From Phallusia mammillata (taxonomy: Eukaryota), in assembly GCA_965637545.1 (NCBI GenBank), contig OZ281495.1, forward strand, positions 15,314,001 to 15,378,000: a stretch of 64,000 nt of DNA, read 5' to 3'. A program made the position numbers and the translations under genes. Positions 11,366 to 33,927 of the stretch are shown here, in pieces. Every line of letters starts with the position of its first letter. Within the stretch, counting starts at the first letter, position 1. The notes below the pieces were generated by a model. It made no database searches. It was not told the origin of the DNA and saw only the letters and a program-made list of their open reading frames with translations.

Positions 11366-14300
11366 TCAAGAGGCCTCGTGTGACGATGCAACACACTCGT
11401 GTTCGAAACCACCGGTCGAACTTCGTCGTTCGATGTCGAGGATTGAATGAGGTTGTAGCAAGAACTCTTGTGTCAAAAGTTGCAGCTCTTCAGCTAAAGT
11501 CTCCTCGCGAAAAGCAATTCGAATGTCAGGAACATTGGTTTTTGTGATGTCGTTTCCAGTTGACCCGTCGCTTCTAAAGATTAAATTAACATAGTTTCAA
11601 CATTTGTTGTGTTTTGCAACTTTAAAGCATTTGTGGTAACACCGAAGCCACTAATTGCGAAAAGTACCGGTTCCTAGTCCGTCTGGTTGGCAAACACTGA
11701 ACGTTTCGGACCAAATGCGCTGAGCTTTCTGCATTGTTTTGTTTCATATTCGTTTCAAGAGTTAAACTTTAGATGAACTTCGATTGAAAGCCGAAAACTG
11801 TTTTTTCAGTGAAGTTCCACAATCGTGCAACTACGCTACGTCTCCGAATTAACCTGTATTCATCTCCAAGCCATCTCTGTTTCTCCTGATGTGAGAATCC
11901 GCTCAAACGCACACTTGTTCTTGCAAGTTCACACATGTCGCACACGCTCAGCTTCCAAACCTGAATGGAAGAGATGTGATAAAAGTAAACTATACCGAAC
12001 CCGCAACCGTGTGTTTGCACCAAACAGATCTTTTTAAATATTCTATTTGGCTATATAAATAGGCTATATAATAGACCTTAACAACAGCCTTTTTGTTTCT
12101 TTAATTGCAAGGAGTGGAAATTGTAGCCTAATGTAGATTTTTATTTTCGTCTTATTCGAGTTTCGTTTATTTCGATGTTTTATTTGATCAAAAATGGTGG
12201 CAACTATCTGCGTTGATTGTCTTAACGGCTGTTAGAATCTTTTAATTTTAAAAAATCCATAGGTTTATCCATTGGTGTTTTTAACTCTTCTAATTAAAAA
12301 ATGGTTATAACACCTGTGCAGCGACGGCATATTCCTCCATAAGTGGTTCCATGGTGAAGTGAAACTGCAAAGGGTCGTCAGTGGAAAGACAGACGTTGAG
12401 ACCACGCGCAAAATAATCGGGAAAAGGACTTTTGTTATACTCAAGAAAAAGGTGGTTGTTGCTAAGTGGTGACATGCAGATTCCGATTTGCGCCAAGTAA
12501 TATAAATACTGCAGAACAGGAACCTAAAAACAACAAAATTTCCTAAATCATGACTCTTAACATAGCCTAACTAATTTCACATAAGTTGTGTTAATAACTT
12601 ATATAAACTGCTAGGAATTAGATGAAAAACTGCACTTTTAATTGCTTTTCCGTTTGTTACAGAGTTTTACTCGTAGGCTATATTTATGAAACGGATATGT
12701 GTTTTTGTTTATAAAAAGTTTAAGCGCGTTTGGGATTGGTTTGTTTTCGGTAGGTCCTAACCAATACTGACGAAAAATTTAACAAAGCTGTATTTTTTTC
12801 TACGGGAACTATTTGTAACATAACGTCCTGCAGGTAGCAGCAGTTTAGACTTACGACCTGCCTTTTTCAGTACCAGCCCGTGTGAGATGTTTTCGGCCAA
12901 AAGAAACGCGGTAAGCAGATGGTCTAGATGTCCAGCTTCTCCACAGTGAGGACGTAGAGCAAATGTGTTCATACCTCGTGCACTATATAACAACATTGTA
13001 AAAAGAAAAGTTTATTGGGAAAACTCTACACGTTCTTTGGAGATATACGAAAAAGGCTTTGTGATAGAATCAAGGTGCAATACAATAATTGCTTTGGGAC
13101 TTCAAATAACTAAGAGGTTTATATTTTTCAATTTATGACATAAGAAGACTTTTCTGGTAGCTTTACGGACGGTCTTTGACCGAAACATTAAAAAGCGAAG
13201 GTTAAAAATCATAAAATGCTATCCGCTTGTGTGTGTTTTGCATATTTTTGCTCTGTAAACTAAATACTACGTTTGTATCTATTAATCTTCTAGTATTTCG
13301 ACTGAGTACACAATATTAAATTGATGTGAGCGCTGGTGGGCGTTATTGCTCAAAATGCTTTCGACTTTAATAGCACAAACTTACTGTCGAAGGTGGTTGA
13401 TCCGCATAATATTTGCATACATGTAATAAATATAGTAAGTGTAGGAAGGATTTGAGTCGCGCATCCATTGGTCCGGAGTAGGAGAGCTTTTCTTCATAAA
13501 ACCTGTTTCCTGCTTTGATTCGTCATCGACGCTGTCAAATCCAATCACGTGTCTGCATAAAGGTACGAAGGTACAACTCACAAACCGATATTTGAAGCGT
13601 TTCCTAATTATACATTATTTGGTGGCTTCAAAAACTGTAGTTGTGTATTGATAAACATCGCTTGAGTGTCTTAAGTTTTATTTGAGGAATTAACTCCTTG
13701 AAATTAAAAGGCTAAGGCGTTATAGCCTATTTCAGTATAAAGTGGTACACAGACGTAGTGTATTTTTACACATCTTTAAATTTGCTATCAGAGACCCGTC
13801 AATTTACCTTAAAGCGTATCAACACCCTTTTTTACCTAAGAAACAAACTAATTTCTTTGTGTTTGTGAGGTTTCACGGTGGCTTCCATCACCGGACGAAA
13901 CACGTTGTTAAGAATTTGCTCGAACGTTTCAACCGCTCCCTTTGACTTGTACATATCACTGCGACGAAATAATGTAACATGTTTATACGCTTGTAACCAA
14001 CTTTTGTATTTGTGACAAAACCCGATTAGTGTTTGAAAAAGGACAAAACTTCACAGGTCAAAAGTAATTAAAAATCCGTAAAACAGTTCAAAATTGGCAT
14101 ATTCTGAAGTTCAATTCTTCTAAATTGCAATTATTTTCAACATTTTGATGATGACTTCAGTGATCTAGGAAAATTACTCGATACCACTTATTCTGAACAA
14201 CACATTATAAAACCAAAGTTACAAAACATCCGAAGCTATGTAGGTTATGTTAAAAAATAAGAAATTTTACTACAAGACGAGGAACTTGAATGAGCCAGCG

Positions 14301-17300
14301 TATGTGGATAAAAAAATAAGAAATCTTACTAAAGACGAGGAACTTGAATGAGCCAGCGTATGTGGGTGCTTTCAAGTTTGTGTGAACAAAACCAATGAGC
14401 CAAACTTTCCCATTCATCGTAACTCTTCCCGTATATTGAAATCCGCAGCTCAAGTAGATGGTATTTTTGCTCGGTCAGGTTTTGTTCGACTTGCTGCAAG
14501 ATTAGTATGATTAAGGCTTTAATTTAAGTAAATTTACCGATCTGAAACAATTATTGAGGGAGACTTCGTTGAAATCAGGCAGGATATGATCCCATATCGA
14601 AAGATTAGAATCTTATCCGAATTTCGGTTGTATCTGACCGAAGTGAGAAGACCAGTGGAAGAAGTATGCTGGCAACGTATAAGTATATTTCATTCGAACT
14701 TAAAAGCTCTACAATCATTTTGTTGAAATCAAACCACGGCAGATGTCCAGGTTTTCAGTCCTGGTGTAACTATTCTAAACAAAGCATTAGAAAATACAAT
14801 TATATATGTCTGTATGCTTGACATCGTTGTCCTGAATATGCAATGTATTAAAAAGTTTTCCTAAACTTAAGAAATGTATTTTAACCTACACTTATTATTT
14901 CAGCAAAGTAATCTCCGTTTATGTCGTTGTTTGTCTTGAGAAAAATCTCGCGCAGTTCAGAAGCACCCATAGGACTGTACAGGTTGTTAAAACGGTCAAA
15001 TCGGTGAAAGGTTTGGCGGTCCTAAACACAATGCTGGTTTACACCTTGTCTTGTTTTTAGTGCCAATCCGACGACAATCAATACTCACAGCATGAACATC
15101 GAGTGAATCCACATTAAGATGAAGTGGATCCAACTCAAGGAATTCAAACACCTAAATATTTTAAACACTTTTGTAACTTTTTCAAAACTTAGGTTAGAAA
15201 TACAGTCGGTTTGACCTCTTTTAGTGTCATCTTTTTGCCATCTTTCTTTAAAACTACTCGATTTGGTTCTTTCTTAGCTTTTTCCTGCATAAACCCGAGG
15301 AGGTGTTTTTGACTCATGCATGCAGCAGCGTGAATATGTGTGTCTACCTGCAAATTTTTCCTTTAAAGTTTTAAAAATCCAGAACACACCAGATGCCGAT
15401 AGCTGATTTGTCGCATAAATCTAAGCCTATAAGTTAAAACGCGCATCTAGCTGTAAACTATCACATAGTCCCAAAATAGACTTTGCCATTATTTAAGTAC
15501 CCTTACTTTCCGAACGTTGTAAAAATCTCTTCTGCAGGAGCGACCAGGATTTTTCATCATTTCAAGTTCGGACTCCTCGTTGAGAAGTCGGTGCATCCCA
15601 AATTTGTTTTTGAGATAAGATAATCGTCTGTAGCAGAACGACTTCCTGTGGTATTGCAGGTTAAACTAAATCATAGAATTGCCACAGAAATAGTTTTGTA
15701 AAACTAAAATGCAAGTTGACTAAAAATAAACAACCAATGTATCTGTATTGTTGCGCATTATTTCATGCTATTTCCTTTTCTAAAATATGCACAATACTTT
15801 AAAAACCACACATTTTTTGTGACAAATGTTACGCAACGAAACAAACTGGAAACAAACTGAAACAAAAGGGTTATACCTACAGTGGACCGTCAGCGACCAG
15901 TGCGTACAGAAGATTTCGATTAGTGACGAAACTGTCCCGATTTCCACAGGGCAGGTGCACTTCCTTTCCAGTTTCACTGTCAATCACTGACACCACACCT
16001 TGTTTAGTGGTAACTAACCAGTGCTTTTCGTCGTTTGGAAAACGAGGCTTTTCCATTGGGTACAAGTAGTCTAAATAAAAAAAGACAAAATTGTTTGGAG
16101 AAAACTATTTTTTGACACAAGTTCTTTCAAATATTGGGGCATTGAAAAACAAAAATGGAAAGGAAGCTCCAAAATACCAAAAAGAAACAACGTAGCAGCC
16201 AAATCGTTTTAAACTTGGTTTACATTTAGATTAGACATGGATTTACAACCATATTCAAAAAAAGAGTTAGACCTGGATAAACAGCAGGCTTAAATGTAGT
16301 ATGAGTTGCTTGTGCTGTAAACTTAGCAACGACATTGGGAAAATGCTGTCTTGCACGTCGCATGTAATACTGGCGAGTTTTCAGAGCGTGGATCAAGCTC
16401 AAACACGAATCACGGATTTCCTGCAAAATTTAAACGAAATCGTAAATAAACCATGAGAAAGTAAAACTGGTTTTCGTATAAAAACCTTTAAATATTTTGG
16501 TGGCAGAAAATTCGTTTAATTAACGTTTCACTTACCTTATATATCAGTTTTATGGTGAAAGAAAAAAAAACATAACTTACTTGCTGGCACTGAACTTTTC
16601 AAATATTCATGTTGTGTAAAATACATTATAGGTGTTAAAATACACAAATTCGAAGTAGGCCTACTCTTCACTGCTGATGTCGCTTACCAATAAGGCGAAC
16701 TCTTCCGTTTTCCCTGACACAAAAACGCGTTGATAGGAAATCTTGTCGAGCAGTTCAAGAGCCATCTCACGCTCCTCCCATGTTTTTCCATTTTCGTGCA
16801 GTACACTGTCTATGGGAGTATGTTTTTCATCACCATCAGTCAGCTCTGCTTGGCTGGTCCTCGCAAGACTTAGCAGCTGGACGTCGGATTTTCTTTGAAG
16901 CGAAAAGATTTTCATTTCATACAGATAGATCGACAGCGAGGTGAGATATATTACATAATTACTTCAACTTTTATGTGCACTGTCAAGAAAGAAAGAAAAT
17001 AACACAACGTTGTAGCGCAATGCAAAAAATGCTTGTTTAAAAAAGTTTTAAGCTTCTCTTATAAGATTTACTTAATTGGTTCTTCGGCAAGTTCTGGATC
17101 AGCAACCAAAGGAATGATGCTAGGTCTGTGTTTTCCTGTGTGAAAAGTCATTCCAGATTCAAACGACACCGAAGCTTTGTGTTTCTGCATGCGACGCCTC
17201 GTTAACTCTGATTCAAGTTCAATTGGTTTCTCGTTTCCCATTTCGACATGACGTTTGGTCTCAGTTTTTAAATCCTCCTGCGTAATAATGTGTGAAAATA

Positions 17301-17949
17301 TTGGTGAAAAGCGAAAAAGTGGAGATTGACTGTTGTTCTAAAAGCAACCTTTACTTCAAAGTATTTATAAAACACATGATTAGTGAAAAAAATAGCAAAC
17401 GTTGCTTTACGCTCCTGAGTATTACTGTGTCTTTCTTATCGTTTCTTTTAAGCCTCGAATAATAGCCCTAGCACACTTACCAGAAACAAACGTTCCGCTA
17501 TATCTGAGAGACGCTTTGTATATTGTTCTGGGTTGATGAAAGTTGAAGTGCTGTCAGTTTCGTCGTCGACTTGCGCGGATAGAATTCGTACAATCTCATC
17601 TGCCAGGGCAACTTGGGTTGTTTTTGTACCATTTTCTCCGATAGATCCGTATGATTCTTCTGACGTGATCGATGTAACTTCTAGTTTAAAGTAAAAATAA
17701 GCAGACACGCACAACGTAAGAGGTTTCAAATTAAATTTAATTGTAATAAAACTTGTTTTCGTAACTTATACTTTCTTTGAACTCAACTTACTTCACCAAC
17801 ATTTCGTTCATGTTTTAACCAACCGCAATTATAGGAAAATTACATTTTTATGCAGCAGAACAAATGCCAAACTAAACTAATAACAAGATAAGGTAACTTG
17901 TACTTAACTTACCAGTTTCGACCCTTGATGTAGATAAACAGCTTCCCAT
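11366..17949 (-). CDS. AMP deaminase (AMPD2-like), multi-exon
   Basis: Motifs [86 protein letters not shown]. First exon [12 protein letters not shown] splices in frame. Stop TGA at 11366-11368. Confidence 0.93.
14252..14365. repeat. ~57-bp tandem duplication spanning an AMPD exon end and splice donor
   Basis: AAAAAATAAGAAAT(T/C)TTACTA..AAGACGAGGAACTTGAATGAGCCAGCGTATGTGG occurs twice. Confidence 0.85.
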
Positions 17950-18720
17950 CTTTAATGCCTTTTTCGTGTAGGGTTATGTTTTTACTGATCAGTTTTACGT
18001 TTTCGCTAAACAATGCAACTGTTACGTCACTGAAAAGGGATTGTCAAAGGACTCAGTCTGAAATCTGGATTAGCTTCCAAAAATTGGCCCTCTTTAGAAA
18101 AATTGTCAAGTGCATTGATTGAATCAATTTGATTCCAACATTTACTATGTTTTGAGCATATCTTATGGACTGCGCAGTGCTGAACTGTTGATATTGTAAA
18201 ACACACATATATGCTTATACAGGCAACAGCAAAATATTGACAGAATGTTGCACTGACATACCATTAGGCCTACGGGTTGTTTATGGTCAGTGTTTTTTGC
18301 GTCTAATCAATTCAAAAACAGTTGAATGTTGCGACGACCTAACAAACATAAAACCACGCACCTGGGCAGCATTGTAAACCAGCAGTACAGATTAGAAACA
18401 ATGAGAGTTAGCAGAACTATTAAGCGCTTTGCTTAGCAAAGTCATAAATTATTTTTTATTCGGTTGATCAAACAACTATGGCGTCAAATGTTTAGCCTTG
18501 TACTGACCCAGTGGGTAGACAATTAAACACTCCGTTTATCTGACTCTAATAAACAAACAAACTATCGCTGTCGAAACAAACCTAAAAAGACGCAAAACTA
18601 AATTAACGTTCCCACATTATATTTCAATAAGGCAAGCCACGAAAGCGCCTCTTGCGGCTAAACACGCAACACAAAAGTCACCGCGCCACGAATCAACTGT
18701 GAGATATCAATTCCAATGCG

Positions 18721-18805
18721 TACTCTAGTCACTCTATAGTCACTTATGCACTGTTATGGTAACACTAGGTAACTTAAGGTAACTCTAGATGACTTTAGAT
18801 AACTG
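18721..18805. repeat. Degenerate ~10-bp period tandem repeat (GTAACTCTAG-like)
   Basis: Units ggtaacacta / ggtaacttaa / ggtaactcta / gatgacttta / gataact. Confidence 0.5.
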
Positions 18806-19446
18806 GTTTTAAGTTTAAAACACGTCGGTCTTTATAGCGTTCAGATCAAATGTTGTTATGCAAGCGCAGTCGTAAAAACGTACGCCCGAGAAGGTTAAGT
18901 AAGTTCTAAACCGTAATTATTCTTTAAATTGCTTTACAGAAGTGTCACGTATAACATGGCTGGAGGTTAATTTAGACGTGGTTCTTGTTAACACGTTAAA
19001 AGCGATACAACAATAGCCTTAAGCCAGTATATGACCAGCGTGGTGATTAGAAAACAGGTTTAAAAGCCGGTCAAGCTTTTGTGTAGAAAAAAGGTGAGGT
19101 TTGACCGAGTTTGACCGGGACAATATGACACGACAATTATACGAATTAAAATGTTTTGAATTAAAAAGTCCAAAGTCCGATATGTTTTAAATGAAAAGTC
19201 CAAGGTCCGATACAGCCTCAAGCAGTCGCTCTTAACCTTTTAGATGTAGTTTTTTACTGAAGTCAATCACCAAGTTCGAATATCTCCCTGTGCTTATTTT
19301 ATGATTATGTTTTTGTGTCATATAATAACAAAAATTATATTTATTAAATTAAAAAATACCTTACTTTGTGACTAAAATAGTAATATAGAGACCTTAGATA
19401 TGCGAGTACAACTTTAAACAACAATTTAGGTGCCATTGACTTATAC

Positions 19447-20361
19447 CAGGGGTTCTTAAACTGGGGGTCGCCCCTCTAGGGGGGCGTGAGGGGTTCGCAA
19501 GGGGGGCGCAGCACAATCTGACTATAAAGTTTTCACCTACAAACAATTGTAAATGAATGCATAGGAATAATGTCGGAGCTGATTTCGAACTTATTGTTTG
19601 GAAATAAAAGTAAACTCTTCATTACTGTGAAATGGATGTCCAGCCCAGGAGGCGATTTTTGTATGGGCGCCAAGATATGGTCGTTCTAAAAATCCATTTA
19701 AAAACTGTTAAATTGTATAGTTAGTCTCATCTTACAAGCAATGCATGTATTTTACGTCACAAGTAACAAAAAAATGCGATTGTTTGCGCACAATTAACAC
19801 TTTGTGCCTTGTCTGTGATGTGACAAAACTGGCTTTGGATCAATCTTGGGCGTTGCAATGCCATGAAAGTAGGTACGGTAATATTAATTCTACATGTCGT
19901 GACAGTAAACTTTCGTAAGGAGTAGATCAAGTTTTGAATGTAACAAAGTTATCAATACGATTTGGCAAACCAAAAATTGGGTCGCGAGCCGGATGAAATG
20001 ACCTCGCGGGCCGTAGTCTGGTGACCCCTGTGCTATATAGTCGGCGGTACATTTTTTATGTGTTCTTAATTTCGCATTAGAGATTGCCTTGACTTTCAGT
20101 GCATCAACAATTTCTGGGCTACATATGCGTAGTTTACCAGAATACTGGCAACGTGCGCGCAAAAGCCTTCTTTTTATCAGTGTTGAAGTGGCTTTTTCCA
20201 ACGTTAGGAACTCACTTGACAGTAGCTTAAAGCGGACCTACCGATGTACGTTGTTTCCGAAAAACAAGACAAACATCATCGGTGCTAATATTTATTAAGG
20301 GGGGCGAGTTTAAATAAATATTGTCAAGTGGGGCACGACCGCAAAAGTTTGAGAACCCCTG
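19447..20361. mobile_element. hAT-type MITE with a nested partial copy (~19640-20029) of the 30464-30957 family
   Basis: TIRs CAGGGGTTCTTAAACT / AGTTTGAGAACCCCTG. The internal segment ending GGTGACCCCTG is the reverse complement of the 30464 element. TSD is only partly matching. Confidence 0.7.
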
Positions 20362-20558
20362 ACTTTCCCTCTGCACGTATACGTATAGGCTGCATAATTT
20401 CCCACTGTCACTTGTCGTTTTATTGCATAACAAATAAATAAATAACTTAATTGATATAAATTGGTATAAATTGACAGTCTTTGAAGGTTTCTGCGGATCC
20501 ATCACCAATATCTTTTTAGGTTCGGCTATGAAGCAATCCAGAAGGATTCGCCCACTTT

Positions 20559-29678
<9,120 letters not shown>

Positions 29679-30463
29679 TCTGTAGTAACCGATATTGCAA
29701 GTAAGCGCCAACAGTTTCTGACAGTATTAGCCTGGGTTAGCGAAAAATCCTATTTCGTCGTTTCCAAAATGACCAATCTTCGAGTATAAAATTGTTAACT
29801 TTAAAAGCAGCAAATATTGCAATAGTGGTACATTTTTACTCAAATAAAATCACTCAACTGGTTGCAAACCAACTAAGATATATTACACAAAAAACATGTT
29901 TAGGAATCGGAAAATTTTATGTTCTACCACTTAAACGCTGTAGCAAACTTTCTGACAAAAATACTGCACGCGACGTCGTTTGCCTGATTATAAGTTGTGA
30001 TAGACACTAACTTTCGTCAAATAGTTTGTTTGATTTACATATTTTATATAAATTCTAGTTTAACACTATTTGCAAGCTTCCCGCAGCGCTTTTAAGATGG
30101 TACAAGTAGCACATCAGACATCACGTCTGGTCAAACGTAACTAACGATAAGAACCAAATACAACCGGAAAGGTACAATCGCATGTGTGCAGGCCCTGTCA
30201 ATGGAAACAATCTGCCCTGAAGCAGTTGAAGCAAAACTGACCGATTGTTTTCACGCAACAATTGGCAACTGGAAGTTCGATCACGCAAGCTGTAACGCTT
30301 CGACTCACGGTGAAAAAAGGAAAAGAATTACGTCGGCGGCATTCCTAACAAAACATTTGCGGTGCGCTTCATGGCGGACTAGTTTTGTTTGAATGTTCCT
30401 TTTTAAATGCGTCTAGATAAGAACAATGTTATGAAGTACAATGGAAAAAACATTTGTCTAGTC

Positions 30464-30957
30464 CAGGGGTCACCAAACTACGGCCCGCGAGGTCATTTCG
30501 TCCGGCCCGCGACCACATTTTTTAGGTTGCCAAATTGTATTAATAACTTTGTAACATTAAAATTTAATCTACTCCTTACAATTTTTTTTCTGTGGGGATA
30601 TTCAGAATTGATGTTACCGAGTTTCATAGGATTATAACGCCCAGGATTGATCCAAAGCCAGTTTGTTACGTCACAGACAAGACTACAAGTATTAATTGTG
30701 CGCAAATAAGTGCCTTCTTTTGTCACTTGTGGCGTAATATACAAGCATTGCTCGTAAGATGAGACTAATTATACAGTTTAACAGTCGCATGACTACTTTT
30801 TGAATGGGATTGTAGAAATACCATATCTTGGCGCACCTAAAAACGCCTCGCGAGCTAAGTTTGGAAAGACGGCGCTAGGGCATGTAAACTATGCGGCCCG
30901 CGCGAATCATTATTAGCACTCATCCGGCCCGCAGTGAAAAAAGTTTGGTGACCCCTG
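30464..30957. mobile_element. hAT-type MITE
   Basis: TIR CAGGGGTCACCAAACT / AGTTTGGTGACCCCTG, perfect 8-bp TSD GTCTAGTC, GGCCCGC subterminal motifs. Confidence 0.92.
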
Positions 30958-32950
30958 GTCTAGTCTAATGCACACACAATGTCCCTCACCTTCGCAATGT
31001 CTTTTGTTAAACATTTCGGACGTTTATAGCATTTATTTTAGCTTGTATTCTTGCGAACAAACCTGGTGAGATAAATTAAACAAGACAGAATTAACAGAAT
31101 TGGTTTTCATAGGCAGACCTTTTGTTACATCGCAAATTACTGTTTTGTCTACCGTTTTCCCATATTGTAAATTTCAGTGTAAATAGCGCTATCATGTGGA
31201 TAGTTTCGCGCCTCGTGTTCGACAAGTTTGCTGGAAACGTCAGTAGTTCGTTTCTTGTGTCTAGGAAACTACTGTAGTTTGTTTTTCAGGAAAATTAAGT
31301 AAATTATCTGTAAAATCTGAAGTAACCTGTTTCGTGTTGCTGCGCACATAAAGTCTGCCAGTAATTCGTGACCAATAAGTTGTTTTGGTAAGTGTTGTTT
31401 TATTTGCTTGTTTATCTGGGTCAACATTATGCCAATAACCATTGTCTTGTATTGTTAAACCTTTGTTGTGACATTATGCCTGGTCTAAAGTGTACTCTGT
31501 TATTTACAGTTTGACTTGATTGCTCGTCGACAAATAACTGTTTAAAGTCCTGGTCAAAACGTTTCGGTAAGAGTGTAATATTATAAAACCGGCGTTTTTC
31601 ATTGTGTTTATGCCATGATATTTACTTTAGAAAACCGTCCGCCAGTCTAGAAGTAACTGCATCCTGCTAATTGAAGCCATCAAGGGCATTGTTTCAAATA
31701 AACTGTTACAACCTTGTGTGGAGTGTTAGCTGGAAGAAGCCTGTAGTTGGGATTTGGCAGGCGCGTTTTTGATCCAAATTAGAAGTACCAGAGTGGACGT
31801 CTGTGCCCACCAGGAGCACCGAAGTAGACGTTACACCTTTGTTAATTATCACCCAATTAGTAAAACACATGACCAGTGATGTGCCAAACCCCAATTGTAC
31901 AAATTTTCGTTCGGCGACAACCCAACGTGCTCAGTCTGCAATGATTTCACGTATCCATAACGTCAAAATTAAATAGTCGCCGTTTTTTAAACCCTTCTGA
32001 CCGAACCTTAAAACTGGTAATAAAGACTTACCCAGAAAAATGTTGTTATAACAATAAAGTTTATTAATGGCAAAAAAAGTAGATAGTATAAGGTAAGTAA
32101 AGCATAAATTATGTTCAGTATTTTGGTGCGTTACTGCTTGGTTACAATGGCCAATTGTAGCGGTTTATTGCGATTGCACTTTGTCAAAAACTTTTTACTA
32201 GAGTGACCAAATCGCAGTCAATAGTATACTTGCATTACAACCAAAACATTTTTAAGATTGTAATAATGAGTCCGGCAAGATTCGACCAACTAACTTAACC
32301 TATAAACATTTCATTCTGTTAATGTCAGATTTGCCTGAAAATTTATTTCTTGACAAAAAAAACGCAACAGAACAATGCACACCAAATTGAAACAATATGG
32401 ACCTAATTTTGCTTGTTTTATCAAGTCTCTAGTAACGTTTCTATATGGCACACCGGATCTATTCTTTATTGTGTTAAACACAAATTAAAAATACAGTGGA
32501 CAATAGAATTCTTGGAAAAAAAATTCATTTATGTGCCAAAAATTGACTTGTTATTTTTTGACGTTGCTGAACTGTGTGGTAAAAGTTTGACAGAAGGACA
32601 CTTTAAACTGTCCAAATGTGGATTGATAACGTAAAGATAACTATTAGAAGCCAAACTCTTGCGCATTTTCCGGTATTTCTATCCTTTCGGCGTTGCAATT
32701 TCTTCTGTTTATGACATTTGGATTTTATCTGAACTTTGCGTTGCATCCAAGTTTTCTCCGACTGGTTTGGTGACGCTGTGTTAGAATAGAAACTTGTCAA
32801 AACAGATTCAGTTGAATTTACATGACAACAGATATTTTTGTTATGCTATAATAGTTAACATATTGTGAATGCTATCTAATAGTTGCTACCGCTTGAAAGA
32901 TATTTAAATCTTTTATTTTTAGGTGGTCTATAACCAACAAAACGGTATTT

Positions 32951-33553
32951 TTACCAGTAATGCCCGTGAAACGAATTTGGGTTTCTTTCCAATGCTGCTA
33001 TTTCCTTCATGCTGGCAGCGTGATTTCGATAGTAGTTTGATCGCCTTACTCCTGCTTTTCTTAATCGCCGTTCAGTTTTTTTTCTAACTCTCATGCAGGC
33101 CACGAAAAAAATTGCCAGCACCAAAAGCGCTACTGCCCCACCTACCGCACCGGCAACAACAACGTTGTTGTCGGAAGATAGGGCTACCACTGTTGGCTCC
33201 GCGCTGGTGACTTGGTATAGAGTTTGTGTCGTAGCGGGTGGTATTTGACAGATGAAATGTTTGCTTTCATTGCAGGGGGCCTTTTGCATTTGGAAACTGC
33301 CACTTGTTCTTAAGAAGTAGCATTGGGAGTCGTGGTCGCTTCCGTTGAACAATTTTTGAGCAAAAGTCACCCAATAATCCAGTCCGCTTTTGCAGCATGA
33401 CATAATTTGATCGTAGATTTTTGTGTAGTTCTCTTTAACTATTTGGTCAGATTGAAAACTATTACAGTTTTGAAATGCAGAAGAAAAATTACTAAGATTG
33501 TGATGAAAATCATATCTCCTGGCTTCCACTTCACAACTCGACGAACAAGCCAT
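32951..33553 (-). CDS. Degenerate C-type lectin-like single-pass membrane protein (main exon; N-terminus unresolved)
   Basis: F..AFQNC, DYWV, QCYFL and PCNESKHFICQ fit CTLD spacing. Thr-rich stalk, TM VVVAGAVGGAVALLVLAIFFVACM, basic stop-transfer RVRKK. A short further exon near 32709-32775 is possible. Confidence 0.6.
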   Translation of the reverse strand: MACSSSCEVEARRYDFHHNLSNFSSAFQNCNSFQSDQIVKENYTKIYDQIMSCCKSGLDYWVTFAQKLFNGSDHDSQCYFLRTSGSFQMQKAPCNESKHFICQIPPATTQTLYQVTSAEPTVVALSSDNNVVVAGAVGGAVALLVLAIFFVACMRVRKKTERRLRKAGVRRSNYYRNHAASMKEIAALERNPNSFHGHYW

Positions 33554-33703
33554 TTAAATAGTAAATTGTCTGTGAAAAAGTATAGCAACAAGTTGTTATA
33601 CATCCCAATTTCAACTGAAAAATGTAAACTTGCCAGGGCGTACAAAACCGAGGCTGAGCACCCCAACAAAGAAATTATATCAAAATTAACTGTTCACTTA
33701 GAG

Positions 33704-33927
33704 CAGTGGTCGACAACCGCCGCTCCGCGGCCCACTGCCGGTCCGCGAGGAGTTTGTTACCGGGCCGTTACTTTTCAGGTTTAATGCTCCAAAACATTTT
33801 GCCCATGTATCCATGGGATGATAAACTAATTTAGGCGTTTTCGTTGCTTAATATTTGTAGTTTTTTGCAGGTTGGTCATTTCAGTTTCAAAAACGGTCCG
33901 CAGAGCAAAAAATGTTGCCGACCCCTG
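33704..33927. mobile_element. Short hAT-type MITE
   Basis: Imperfect TIR CAGTGGTCGACAAC / GTTGCCGACCCCTG with CGGTCCGC subterminal motifs. No clear TSD. Confidence 0.65.
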
